A DNA stretch of 64,000 nucleotides from a virus (IMGVR_UViG_3300042350_003801); one strand, 5' to 3'; counted from the first letter of the stretch, positions 20,802 to 30,190 are shown. A program made the numbers and translations. The notes: generated by a model from the sequence alone, not told the origin.

Positions 20802-21575
20802 TCATATCAGCTGTAGTGAAGTTCCACACTCTGAGCAAAAGTTAGAAGTGGCAGGATTAACCGTGCCGCAAGTTTTGCACTCTAATTTTGTTTTAACTGT
20901 TACAGGTTCTCTGACTTTTTTATTTTCTTCAGTTTCACCTAGCATCTTAATGTTTAAGACATTCATTCCTCCAATTGAGCCATTCCAGAGAGTTGTATTG
21001 AATTTTTGTTTGCTTCTTGAGCCCTCAACAGTTATTCCAGTTTCATTTACTGGAAGTGTGGCATTTGTATTAATGGAATTTTCTACCGAATGATTTAAAC
21101 TGCATCTTGCGATATAATTATATTCTAAACTTTGACCCACATAATAGTTAATTGGGACAGATTTAGTATAAGGAGTCTTTTGGGCAAAAGGTGTATACAA
21201 CGGAAGAGAAATTTCAAACTCATACCGAATAGTAATCAAACCATCATCAAGTTTAATCCCCCTATGGTCTTCAATTTTCTCTGTCCGTTCAATAAATTTA
21301 AAACGGTTGCCTTCGGACAGATTGCCGTTTTTTATAAACCTTTCTAGGTCTACAGTCTCGGATGGGTTTAGAATTAACCCACCTCCAGTTACATTTTCAC
21401 CATCAATTTCTATGGTTACTTTTGTTCTGGATGTATTAATATTCTTTAGGCGGATCTCATATTCAGAGCCAAAGGGTAGATACACAGTATCTCCAAACTC
21501 TCTTAAGATTTTACCGTTTACTTTAATTGCCGCAGCAAAATTTTTTGCGTACATCATCGTTTTCAATACGAGCAC
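20802..21575 (-). CDS. hypothetical protein with a C-terminal zinc ribbon
   Basis: CKTCG...NFCSECG. Confidence 0.7.
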   Translation of the reverse strand: MLVLKTMMYAKNFAAAIKVNGKILREFGDTVYLPFGSEYEIRLKNINTSRTKVTIEIDGENVTGGGLILNPSETVDLERFIKNGNLSEGNRFKFIERTEKIEDHRGIKLDDGLITIRYEFEISLPLYTPFAQKTPYTKSVPINYYVGQSLEYNYIARCSLNHSVENSINTNATLPVNETGITVEGSRSKQKFNTTLWNGSIGGMNVLNIKMLGETEENKKVREPVTVKTKLECKTCGTVNPATSNFCSECGTSLQLI

Positions 21576-21629
21576 ACAGACTAAATGCTCGTTTTGGTTA
21601 GTGTTAAAGTCTGTCAGTTTATTTAGGCC

Positions 21630-21995
21630 CTACAGCAACTTCAAATGACCAGTAATATCCTGAAGTTCTTCCTTTGTTGCAGGACCAATTGCACAGCAAG
21701 TAAGGGTCTTAACCCCTTTAAATTCGGTAAGTCCCGAGTCCTCAATAATCTCGCAAATTTGATTGGTTAGTTTTGCCTTATCGTAGATGGCTAAAAGTTC
21801 TTCTTCGGAATCCACTGATACACAAATCTTAGTAAATGCACCCTTTAGCCACTCTTTGACCCGCCAATCAATTAGATGTGGTAGAATGGCAGCCACAGAG
21901 GCGTGTGCGCCTTGTGCGACCATCTTACCCTTCCGCATATTTAAGTCCTTTCGTATTACGATGACTTGTTGTAGTTTGTTTTCTTCAGTATTCAT
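21630..21995 (-). CDS. pth2: peptidyl-tRNA hydrolase, Pth2 family
   Basis: VIVIRKDLNMRKGKMVAQGAHA, DSGLTEF, T-x-x-AIGP. Confidence 0.9.
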   Translation of the reverse strand: MNTEENKLQQVIVIRKDLNMRKGKMVAQGAHASVAAILPHLIDWRVKEWLKGAFTKICVSVDSEEELLAIYDKAKLTNQICEIIEDSGLTEFKGVKTLTCCAIGPATKEELQDITGHLKLL

Positions 21996-24900
21996 AAAAA
22001 TATTCCATCTCTACATCACCATCATAAACTGTACCGGTATAAGGATAACAGTCTTCAATAGTTTGCTCCGAATCAGAATTAACACTAAATTTATAGATAT
22101 CATCTGAATTACCACCATAACCAACAGAAATAGTTTTACTGTCTGAAAGTGTTGCACTATAAGTAAATGTATATTTGTAGTAAGACTCAAATTTTACCTT
22201 TACCGTTCCATACTTTTCAATAAATTGTTCTTTTGTGATTTCTGCCATTTTAATTACCCGGTTTTGTTGTTTTAGTATTTTGAACTTGTGGAGTAATACA
22301 TTCAACCAATCTAATTTTTTGTGCTACAGTAATTCCAGCAGTAAATGTAATGGGAACGGTAAATGTGACATAAGTTACCATCAGCATAATAGTCGCAGCA
22401 AATCTAAGTTCTTGAAACATTGAAAATCTCCTTTGAGTGTATGAGTGTATTATATGGCATTCTGGATGGTTATGGAGTTCTCTTGTGCCAGTTTCTTAAG
22501 TGTCCATTAAATCAATGATAAATCTATCCCGTGGGTTTTAGAAGACTTTTAAATTCCTCATAAGTATTGAGACCACAATAATATTTGGTTTTTGAACTTT
22601 CAATCTCTTCTTCTGTTATAGTACATTCTTTTTGAATGTACTCCTTTTCCCATTCTTCGTAAGATAGTTTGGTCATACTCTTATAAATTCCGATTATTCA
22701 ATAAAATGTAAAAGTCATCAAATGCAGTCAAACCATTACATCTTTTATTTAAAGTTTCTAAATCCGTAGTCATAATATACCCCCAAATATAAAACGCCAT
22801 TTGAATAGTATGAAACCCACTCATACTTAAATCATCTTTTTTACTATTCATAACCTGTTTCCTCGCCCCTCAAAATTAGGTATATATGGGCAATATCCAA
22901 AACCTTCACTAATCACTAATTTATTTTCCTTTGCTTTAACGCAAAAGGAATGATGAAATCCACCATCCATAAAAACTGTAATATTAAGGGTTCCTTCTGC
23001 AGTATATCCTTGGGCATTTTCAGTTATAGAAAAATTTACCCGTTTAACATCAGTATATTCTACCAAAGTTTTATCATTCATAATTCCTCATCCAAATAAG
23101 CAATCATTTTTACTATATGATAGTTTTCTTTAAAGTGCGCATCGTAATAAAAATCCTCTAAAGCGTCCTCATACTCAAGATATATTTTCTGATTTGTCTT
23201 ATGTAAGTCAGCATAGACCTCTCTATCCTGGCGCTTAGTCATAATCACCCAGAATTCGTGTCCTACTTTGTTAGTCATTTTCAAATTCCCTCCGTTTTTT
23301 GATTAAAAGTGTTTGAAGTTCTTTTACCTTATCTACATCGCTTTCTGCAAATGAATGTTTATCCATAGCAGAACGATAAAAAGAGCAAACAAGACAAAGA
23401 GTTTCTATCTGTTCTTTTATGAAGGTAATTGTTGCATCAGTCATTTGAGTTCCTCATCTAACCACTGACTATCCATACCAATCTCCCACCCGTCAAGAAA
23501 CAAATACCAATTTTCATTATCTTTATCTGGATAATCTCCGTAAAGTTCTTTCCAACACTCTTCTGCTTCAGTTCGCTTCTCATTCATAACCAGTCTCCTC
23601 ACCACTCAAAATCTCCCAGAAGTCCCATTCTTCACCTTTCATATGCCCCTGCCAGTTTCTAAAGTTATCACGACAACCATCAAAACCCCATTTAATTTTC
23701 TGTAAGAATTTTTGAGCGGAGTTTTGATTATTGTAGTCTTCAATTAGTTTAGCAATGTCTGGATGAATGATGATGGAATTCGCACTATCATCATATAGGT
23801 CCCAGAGATTATCACGAAGAATTTTCTCAAAGTCTTTATCTAACTTTTCTTTACACTCATTTAGAATGTTATCCCAAATGAGTTGTTCTAAATTTACACC
23901 CCCATAAAGTTCTTGAAGTAGTTCCGCTGTGATTGGAGGTTCTTCCATTGCCAAACGGTGCAGACATTCTCCATTCTCATCATAAAGACGGTCTAATGCA
24001 GCAAAGGCATTCTCTTTTGCTTCTATATTGTCGTCTAATGATTCAGCCATTTTAGATTCAAGAAGTAAGTGTTTTTTGAATTACTGGCCACCATAATTCC
24101 TCGCGCAAATTATCAATATCGTCCACGGCAATTACACGTTTTCCTTCATTATCAACATAAGTCATTTGTTCAGTCAAAAAGGTTAAAACGCAATCGGAGA
24201 GACTCTCATATTGTGTCCCGCTCTTTGGGTTATGAACCCTTTGTTTTACCCGATCAATGAGAATTTGCGAGCGTGTCGTTGTGGAGTCAATCATTCGGTC
24301 TCCTCGTTGGTTAAATAATCATTATATTGGTCAAGAATAGCATCAACGCGAACTAAGGTTTTTTGTGAAACGCTGATAGTTTTTCCATTCTTATGTGCAT
24401 TATCTATCCCAGTTCGCAGCATATGAAGAACCTCCGCAAGTTCTTGTGCGATGGGTTTTAGTTCAGTCATTTTCAGTTTCCATTAGTTCGGTTACTTATG
24501 CTAGTATTATGGCACCCTTGGTGGCGGGTTTGGTTCTGGAGGGACAGCTAGTGAAGCGTCGGGTTGAAGATATTCTACTTTATCTTTTTGAGATTTTTGA
24601 AAATCCTCAATAATAGAATCATTTGCCCAGTATTTGCTTGAAAAGGAACCACACTTGGAAATATCTACCCAGAAAAACCACAGGACTTTCTTTTGGGGAC
24701 TATACCAAACGCTTCCGTCACCTTTGGTAATTTTTTTAATGCGATAATTATTCATTGAGTCTCGTTCTGGTAAGAAATCTTCACGGATTAATTGGGGTTT
24801 AGGAAATTCAGGTTTCATATATTTTTTAAATTTAAGTGGTGGTTCGTTTTTTGGTGGATTTCGGTTTTCGTATGAACTACCTCCCAACCAGAAAACACCG

Positions 24901-26422
24901 GGAGCAATTTCTCGTTCATTTGAGAAGAGAAACATTAGGACATTAATTAATTTAGTCATTCTTCAACACTTCAAGTTTAGTTACTAGCATTTTATCTAAC
25001 CGCCATTTCGTCGGTGTATACATAAAAGCATAAAATATGAACCCAGCAGTCATATCTCCTGCCTTCACGATTTGCCTCTCAATTCCTTCTATAGTGCAGT
25101 AATCTTTCAACTCCACCGGTTTACCAACTGGAATTCCACCCCACATACTAAGCTGAACTTTGGATTTTATCTGTTCTTTTGAAAAATTATCGAAATTATT
25201 TTTAAGGAACGTTCGTTGTTCTTCGGTTAGTTTTAATTTAGTCATTCTTCAACCTCCATTTCCACTACACGAAACATATCGCGGTAATATTGATAGTCGT
25301 TGGTTTTACGATACTCTTCATCACAAACATAATCATAATCTTCTAGAAGTTTATCTCTCTTCTTATATGCCTTTTTTTCTGTCGAACAGATGTTGCAAAT
25401 GTTTAGACTTGCAACTCCAGGTCCACTGTCAAAATCTTCCACGACGACATAGACTTTCATTTTAGTTTCAAGTGATTATCAAGTTCATATCTATACCGTT
25501 CAAAGCAACCCATAGCAGTTCCGAATGCCCAGTTATCATAATCTTCCTGAGTTGGTTCTGCATCATTACCATCTTCCCATTCCTCAAAGAAGTCTTCAAT
25601 AGGACAATCAAATTCAATGTATGCGGTTTTTGGTTTTATATGCATTTTCCCTAATTCATCGGCAATTTTATAAAGAATACTAGGATAACCATTCATATTG
25701 TCGGCAAATGTTCGCAGAGAAGTAGAAAGTGCGCCCTTCATATCATCGGTTGGCGGCTGGGCTAGTTCACTACAGAATGCTTCCCACATTTTTTGTGCTC
25801 GTTCAGACATTTTCCAGTTCATCGATAAGAGATAAAATACTATTCCGTAAGAATTGATTATTTTGCCATTCGCGGTCTGCTTCATCATCCCAAAATTGAA
25901 AGTCTCCTGGATGCGGATCATTAGGAACAATCTCGTTGACAATAACGAGAAGAATAATACGGGTTGTAGTTAAACTTTTTCCAGTTTGTCTACACTGCTC
26001 GCAAACCTCATTAGACCGAATAATATTTAAAACTTTTTGAGCAGTTGAAGAGATTTGTTTTTTAGTCATTTTCCGTATTTTAAAATCATTTTGAGAGTTG
26101 TTGCGGGTTCCATATTATCTTCAAGTTTATGAGGTTCTAGGAGTTTTGCAAGTTCCTCATATTTTGCTTTGTAGTTAGTTCCTAAATCTACATCCTCATC
26201 ACAAAAAGCATCTTGAACAATTCTCAAAGATGCTCCTATTTTATTTGGATGGTCTTTGGGCGAGTGCTCAAAGTTCTCAAATACACCTCTCAACCATTCT
26301 GGGGTATATGCATACTTATGAATAACTTTTCGGATATCATCTTCATCTAAGGTGTAGCTAAAGTGATATACTGGGAAATATCCAGTATCTGCTGATAGGT
26401 CTTTATAATAATCAAATTTCAT
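21985..26422 (-). CDS. cluster of small early/host-takeover-type hypothetical ORFs (21985-22305, 22848-23081, 23078-23284, 23580-24050, 24058-24294, 24507-24959, 24952-25245, 25242-25460, 25803-26069, 26066-26422 and others)
   Basis: dense short minus-strand ORFs; sigma70-like TATAAT at about 22448-22453 with the palindromic motif upstream. Confidence 0.5.
24948..25253. repeat. 20-bp perfect direct repeat (24948-24967 and 25234-25253) bracketing ORF 24952-25245
   Basis: TAATTTAGTCATTCTTCAAC occurs at both ends. Confidence 0.9.
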
Positions 26423-26451
26423 TTTAGTTCCATTGGTGACTTATTTATTAA

Positions 26452-26623
26452 AATGAATCCCCAACCGAAGTCGGGGATTCTAAATGGTAATTCTCTAAGT
26501 TTTTCTAGAATTCTTAGAGAACGATGAATCTGATACTCAAAAGAGTAGAGCAGCGACGGTATGAAAGGGTTATCTCGCAAGGTGGCGATTTTAAATCACC
26601 GGGCGGGATACACTTTCCAATTC
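26452..26623 (-). ncRNA. candidate structured ncRNA of unknown class
   Basis: TAAATA promoter at 26625-26630, several nested stems, terminator at 26455-26480. Confidence 0.45.
26455..26480 (-). terminator. rho-independent terminator
   Basis: GAATCCCCGAC-TTCG-GTTGGGGATTC followed by ATTTT. Confidence 0.8.
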
Positions 26624-26691
26624 CTATTTATTATTAAGACTTTCATCACAAAACAGGCAAAACTATGTGAAAGAATTTGGCTAAAAGCCAA

Positions 26692-26764
26692 CGACCAATA
26701 GGAGATTTGAACTCCTGTAACCTACTAGACAGGTAGGTGTCCTAGACCACTAGACGAATTGGCC
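26692..26764 (-). tRNA. tRNA-Asp (GUC)
   Basis: canonical cloverleaf; CCTAC-CT GTC TA-GTAGG; AGGAG-TTCAAAT-CTCCT. Confidence 0.95.
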
Positions 26765-26766
26765 AT

Positions 26767-26815
26767 ATCCAGACCGCCCCAAACGGTGCCGTCTACCGCT
26801 GACTTATTCCTGGAT
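26767..26815 (-). pseudogene. truncated tRNA-Pro(UGG)-like fragment
   Basis: D-arm GTC-AGCGGTA-GAC and anticodon arm ACCG-TT TGG GG-CGGT; no T-arm. Confidence 0.55.
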
Positions 26816-26835
26816 GTGTCAACTATTTAGGTTGG

Positions 26836-26990
26836 CAGCGATGTGCTATTACGCCAAAAGAAACTGCATTTTTCCTCGCCACATCACTTACATATGCCAC
26901 CTCTAAGGCCCGACATTACTAAGCATTTCGCAGTCTTGGTGCATTTTCTACTCTTTAAAGGATGGCTGCTTCTAAGCCTACCTTTCGCTG
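26836..26990 (-). ncRNA. 23S rRNA H43/H44 (L11-binding, GTPase-associated centre) mimic with a ~95-nt insert
   Basis: AGGTAGGCTTAGAAGCAGCCATCCTTTAAAGAGT ... GCGTAATAGC, closed by CAGCGA/TCGCTG; promoter at 27029-27034. Confidence 0.8.
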
Positions 26991-27214
26991 TTAATGAAAA
27001 GAAGTTTTGGGTATTTCCTTTCATTGCCTATTTATCATACACTAAAACTGGGGTTGCGGGAGAAGCGTGTGCCAGTTTGGGAGGTGTCTTAAATGTGGCT
27101 CCAATGTTTTTGAAACCTTGGTTACCTTAGGATATTTAAGCGATTTTGTCAAGGGGTAGTGGACGGTTGGGGGAGTGTCTACTTTTTATTTTGATATTTT
27201 TTGATGGGACGTAT

Positions 27215-27637
27215 TCACTCTGGTATATTTAAATAATCTTCAGCCATATGTATTTTTACTTTTTGATTACTTTTCGGTTTGGATAATCTCAGTCCAAGCC
27301 ATTTTTCACACTTGTTGGGGTTAACATAATAGCATTTATCCGTATCTGGACAATAAATGCACATTAAATCTAATTCATTTTTATCGTAATCTTTATGATG
27401 TGAGCCATTTCTGTCGGCCCAAGATGTTCCAAAACGTACATTAATTACGTTATTATTAGCCGCTCTATATTTAACTTGAACTCTTTTAAAAATGCCGTCT
27501 TTATACGCGACTAAATCAAAAGATTCGTGCTCTGTATGCGGGGTAAGAATTAAATAACCCTTTTCATACAAATCAAGTTGGGCTTTTAACACACCAAGGT
27601 CGCCTTTATTTTTAGTATGGTGATACCTCATACTCAT
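27215..27637 (-). CDS. PD-(D/E)XK endonuclease of the group-I-intron-associated type, free-standing
   Basis: KGDLGV...FDLVAYK...RVQVK motif and length resemble I-Ssp6803I-like enzymes. Confidence 0.8.
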   Translation of the reverse strand: MSMRYHHTKNKGDLGVLKAQLDLYEKGYLILTPHTEHESFDLVAYKDGIFKRVQVKYRAANNNVINVRFGTSWADRNGSHHKDYDKNELDLMCIYCPDTDKCYYVNPNKCEKWLGLRLSKPKSNQKVKIHMAEDYLNIPE

Positions 27638-27645
27638 ATTCTCCT

Positions 27646-27736
27646 TTATTAAGTTCGCATTTCTATTTATAAAAATGGGGAGGTTGAACCTCCCCGGAGC
27701 CTTAAAGGTGCGAACTTAATAAGGCATCTCTATTTA
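27646..27736 (-). promoter_or_regulatory. double late promoter with a 14-bp antisense arm and an internal terminator-like hairpin
   Basis: TAAATA at 27731-27736 and 27664-27669; inverted repeat 27646-27659/27709-27722; hairpin 27677-27695. Confidence 0.75.
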
Positions 27737-27756
27737 TAGTAGAAGAATAATTTCAA

Positions 27757-28041
27757 CGAGAACGGCGTGACTCGAACACGCGACTTACTGCTTAGCTTAC
27801 CACTACGGATTTCCCCGCCATTTCTGTTTGTGGTCTGGACCATCTCTTCATCTTATCTTACGACTTAGATGCTTCCCGTATGGCCTCTACACGTTCAGGA
27901 TTTCTCCCGCTTCGCTCGGGATTGCCATAGTCTTACGACTTTAGGGTTCCCCGAATTTGAGAAGTTACATTTATGAAGTTTCCCTCGTAAAGCTCCTATT
28001 TTCGAAGGCAGTTGTTCTAAATCCAACTGAACTACGTTCCC
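27757..28041 (-). tRNA. tRNA-Arg (UCU), split by a group I intron (exons 28041-28005 and 27795-27757)
   Basis: acceptor GGGAACG/CGTTCTC; spliced loop CT-TCT-AA within stem ACTGC/GCAGT. Confidence 0.9.
27796..28004 (-). mobile_element. group I intron (209 nt, no ORF)
   Basis: core elements AAATTCGGGGAA (P), GGCAATCCCGAGC (Q), GTAGAGGCCATACG (R), AAGAGATGGTCCA (S); U-G at the 5' splice site; terminal G. Confidence 0.9.
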
Positions 28042-28173
28042 ATAATAAAACCCGAAATAACTCGGATTATGGTTTATTTAGTAAGAATCAAAAACACCCC
28101 AAATAACACAAAACGCTCCGGACGCTGAACCGGCACAGTTAAGCACCTGAACACCTATTACAATAAGTCAGGC

Positions 28174-28437
28174 TTATTCATTCACTTCATCAGACAAATC
28201 AAAGGTTTTTCTAAACATATTGCGCCCATAAAAGAAAAGCTGTATCATTAAAACATCAAGAAGAACGGTAACAATGAATGCACCGGCAAGAGAGGATACA
28301 TTATTATCGTTTACATAAACACTAACCGAGGAACTAACTCCTTGGTCTAAAAAATAAAATAGTGGAATCCAAAGTAGAATAGCAAGAAATCGTTGTAGAA
28401 TAATCATCGTTAAAATGCATAGGACGTGAATTTCCAT
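28174..28437 (-). CDS. small membrane protein
   Basis: two hydrophobic segments; downstream of an early-type promoter. Confidence 0.5.
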   Translation of the reverse strand: MEIHVLCILTMIILQRFLAILLWIPLFYFLDQGVSSSVSVYVNDNNVSSLAGAFIVTVLLDVLMIQLFFYGRNMFRKTFDLSDEVNE

Positions 28438-28504
28438 TCACCCGTTAAGAATAGCACAAAACCACAAGAACGGGGAAAACGTGTGTCAGTTCGTCAATTG
28501 TCAC

Positions 28505-28570
28505 AAAAAGAGCCCCGAAGGGCTCCAGTCAACTCAACAACAGGAAACAGTTGGGCGCTTATCCCCAACT
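28505..28570 (-). ncRNA. candidate ~65-nt small RNA
   Basis: extended -10 TATTCT at 28576-28581; hairpin 28550-28569; terminator GAGCCC-TTCG-GGGCTC-TTTTT. Confidence 0.45.
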
Positions 28571-28622
28571 CATTAAGAATAACACAAAACCACCAAAACG
28601 GGGAAAGCGTGTGCCAGTTTGA

Positions 28623-29063
28623 TTACTGGCTAATTTCTTCAAGATGTGGCGGAACAAAAGAAGCCCGAATACCCATAACGCCGCCCAACTCACTTTGAGC
28701 CTCGCTATTATCGGGTCTGAACTCATAATACACAGCATTCTCAATAAGAACCCGCTCGGGTCTATACCGATACTCATCAAGTATCTGCTGGTTCTTCATT
28801 TTAGGTTTATGCATTCTCTTTTCTTCTCGTTCATACTGCTCTATCGCAGAATCAACATCGTATTTTACTCTGCTGTTTAACAATTCAGGCGTTTTGATGA
28901 TGTATTCATTTAACTCTTTCGGAGAGTATTTAGTGTTTCTTTGAATCTGGTCATTAAGAACCCAAACTTTCTCTTCAGATAAACCGGTGCAACGGGAAAT
29001 ACAGAAAACAATCGTTGTTAATGTCAGAGATATAACTGTCCATCTAATAGCTTCTTTTTTCAC
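28623..29063 (-). CDS. hypothetical protein with an N-terminal signal/TM segment
   Basis: hydrophobic N-terminus. Confidence 0.55.
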   Translation of the reverse strand: MKKEAIRWTVISLTLTTIVFCISRCTGLSEEKVWVLNDQIQRNTKYSPKELNEYIIKTPELLNSRVKYDVDSAIEQYEREEKRMHKPKMKNQQILDEYRYRPERVLIENAVYYEFRPDNSEAQSELGGVMGIRASFVPPHLEEISQ

Positions 29064-29066
29064 CTA

Positions 29067-29597
29067 TCAATAAGAGCCAGGTTCTTGAAACACAGAGAGA
29101 AATACAGTTCCCTTCTTATAAAGTGGTAGAAGTTTATCTCTTAGATCAATGTTATAAAGTCTTACACAACCTAGTGTGGGGTATAGTGGTTGTCTGGGTG
29201 CCCAGGCTCCTGGCCAAAATGCGGCAGATCCGCCACCGTGAACCATAAGACCGGCTCTACCGTGACGAGCTTCCTGCCCTTCTAGTTCTACCATATCAAA
29301 TGACATCCACCCATATGCCATTAGGGTGCGATCATAGCGGGGGTAATCGCCGTAAGTTGCATAATCATTGTAAAGCTGTCCTAGCTTATAAAGGCCAGGA
29401 ACAGTATCACTTCCAGTTGCAGAAAATAGATAATCGCTACCTTGACCGCGAGCAAGAGCGGGGATTTCCCATAGAAGATTACCATAGAAATCGTATGCCT
29501 TTGCAGTCTCTACAATATCATTAACGACGATGTGAGTATCGCCAGGTTTAAATCCGAATTGTTTTGGACTTTTTCCAGGACCTACAGGTTTAGTCAT
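29067..29597 (-). CDS. L,D-transpeptidase (YkuD)-like protein
   Basis: LMVHGG...TLGCVRL catalytic His/Cys motif. Confidence 0.75.
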   Translation of the reverse strand: MTKPVGPGKSPKQFGFKPGDTHIVVNDIVETAKAYDFYGNLLWEIPALARGQGSDYLFSATGSDTVPGLYKLGQLYNDYATYGDYPRYDRTLMAYGWMSFDMVELEGQEARHGRAGLMVHGGGSAAFWPGAWAPRQPLYPTLGCVRLYNIDLRDKLLPLYKKGTVFLSVFQEPGSY

Positions 29598-29628
29598 AAT
29601 TGCAGCATATTGAACTGTAATTATTTAT

Positions 29629-30126
29629 TTAATATGGATTGCCAGTGAAAACGACAAATAGAACAAAAAGAAAAACCGCAAATCCAATACCAGCAAAAAT
29701 ATTAAATTTAATTATTGGCACAAAAACAAATCCAATAAAAAGAAAAATGCCACCCAAAGTGCCAGCAATTCCCAAAGTAATGCCCAATGCGATAAGAACT
29801 TTAGAGAAAAAAGGTTCCCATAGAAATTCAAGAATATCCCAAATCTCTTTAAAAACAAAGACTATTCCGGTTCCACAAAAATTTAGGAATTTTTTACAAA
29901 GTCTAAGAAGGCCTTTACTTTTATCTCTAGGTGGATTCTTATACTCACTAAAAATTCTAAAGTTTTCAATAGCAGTAGGATCAGCAGAATCTAGCCACTC
30001 TAAAAATTTCTCAGAGTCATAAGAGTTAATTTTTTGCCAATCTTCTTCAAACTCTTCAAAGTAGTCTGGATTATTTTTCAGGAATGCAGTTGTGATTGGT
30101 CTGGTGTGTTTCATTGGTGGTTTCAT
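29629..30126 (-). CDS. membrane protein
   Basis: several C-terminal hydrophobic helices. Confidence 0.55.
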   Translation of the reverse strand: MKPPMKHTRPITTAFLKNNPDYFEEFEEDWQKINSYDSEKFLEWLDSADPTAIENFRIFSEYKNPPRDKSKGLLRLCKKFLNFCGTGIVFVFKEIWDILEFLWEPFFSKVLIALGITLGIAGTLGGIFLFIGFVFVPIIKFNIFAGIGFAVFLFVLFVVFTGNPY

Positions 30127-30190
30127 AATAATACGGGCAAAGGGCTTCTCAAAAGAGAAACCCTTAACATTCCTAAATCAACCGTTTGAA

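Noticed and set aside
25457-25942. 161-aa ORF as a single gene
   Set aside because: Its first ~45 codons overlap 25803-26069 in another frame; it is probably shorter (from MSERAQ) and may be a fusion of two small ORFs, which cannot be resolved here.
26961-26975. SRP RNA (the GAAGCAGCC tract resembles SRP domain IV)
   Set aside because: The match to 23S H43/H44 is much longer and includes the second loop GCGTAATAGC; the SRP CAGG...GGAA context is missing.
26836-26990. A true rRNA gene or host rDNA contamination
   Set aside because: Only ~45 nt match 23S; the flanks are phage promoters and tRNAs, and the closing stem is not rRNA sequence. Read mapping would settle it fully.
26843-27130. 95-aa plus-strand ORF
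   Set aside because: It is antisense to the 23S-mimic RNA and its promoters, with no RBS or recognisable motif.
28001-28007. tRNA-Arg with anticodon UCG
   Set aside because: CG belongs to the intron; only splicing after U34 with the terminal G at 27796 gives a 7-nt loop (anticodon UCU) and satisfies P1/P10 pairing.
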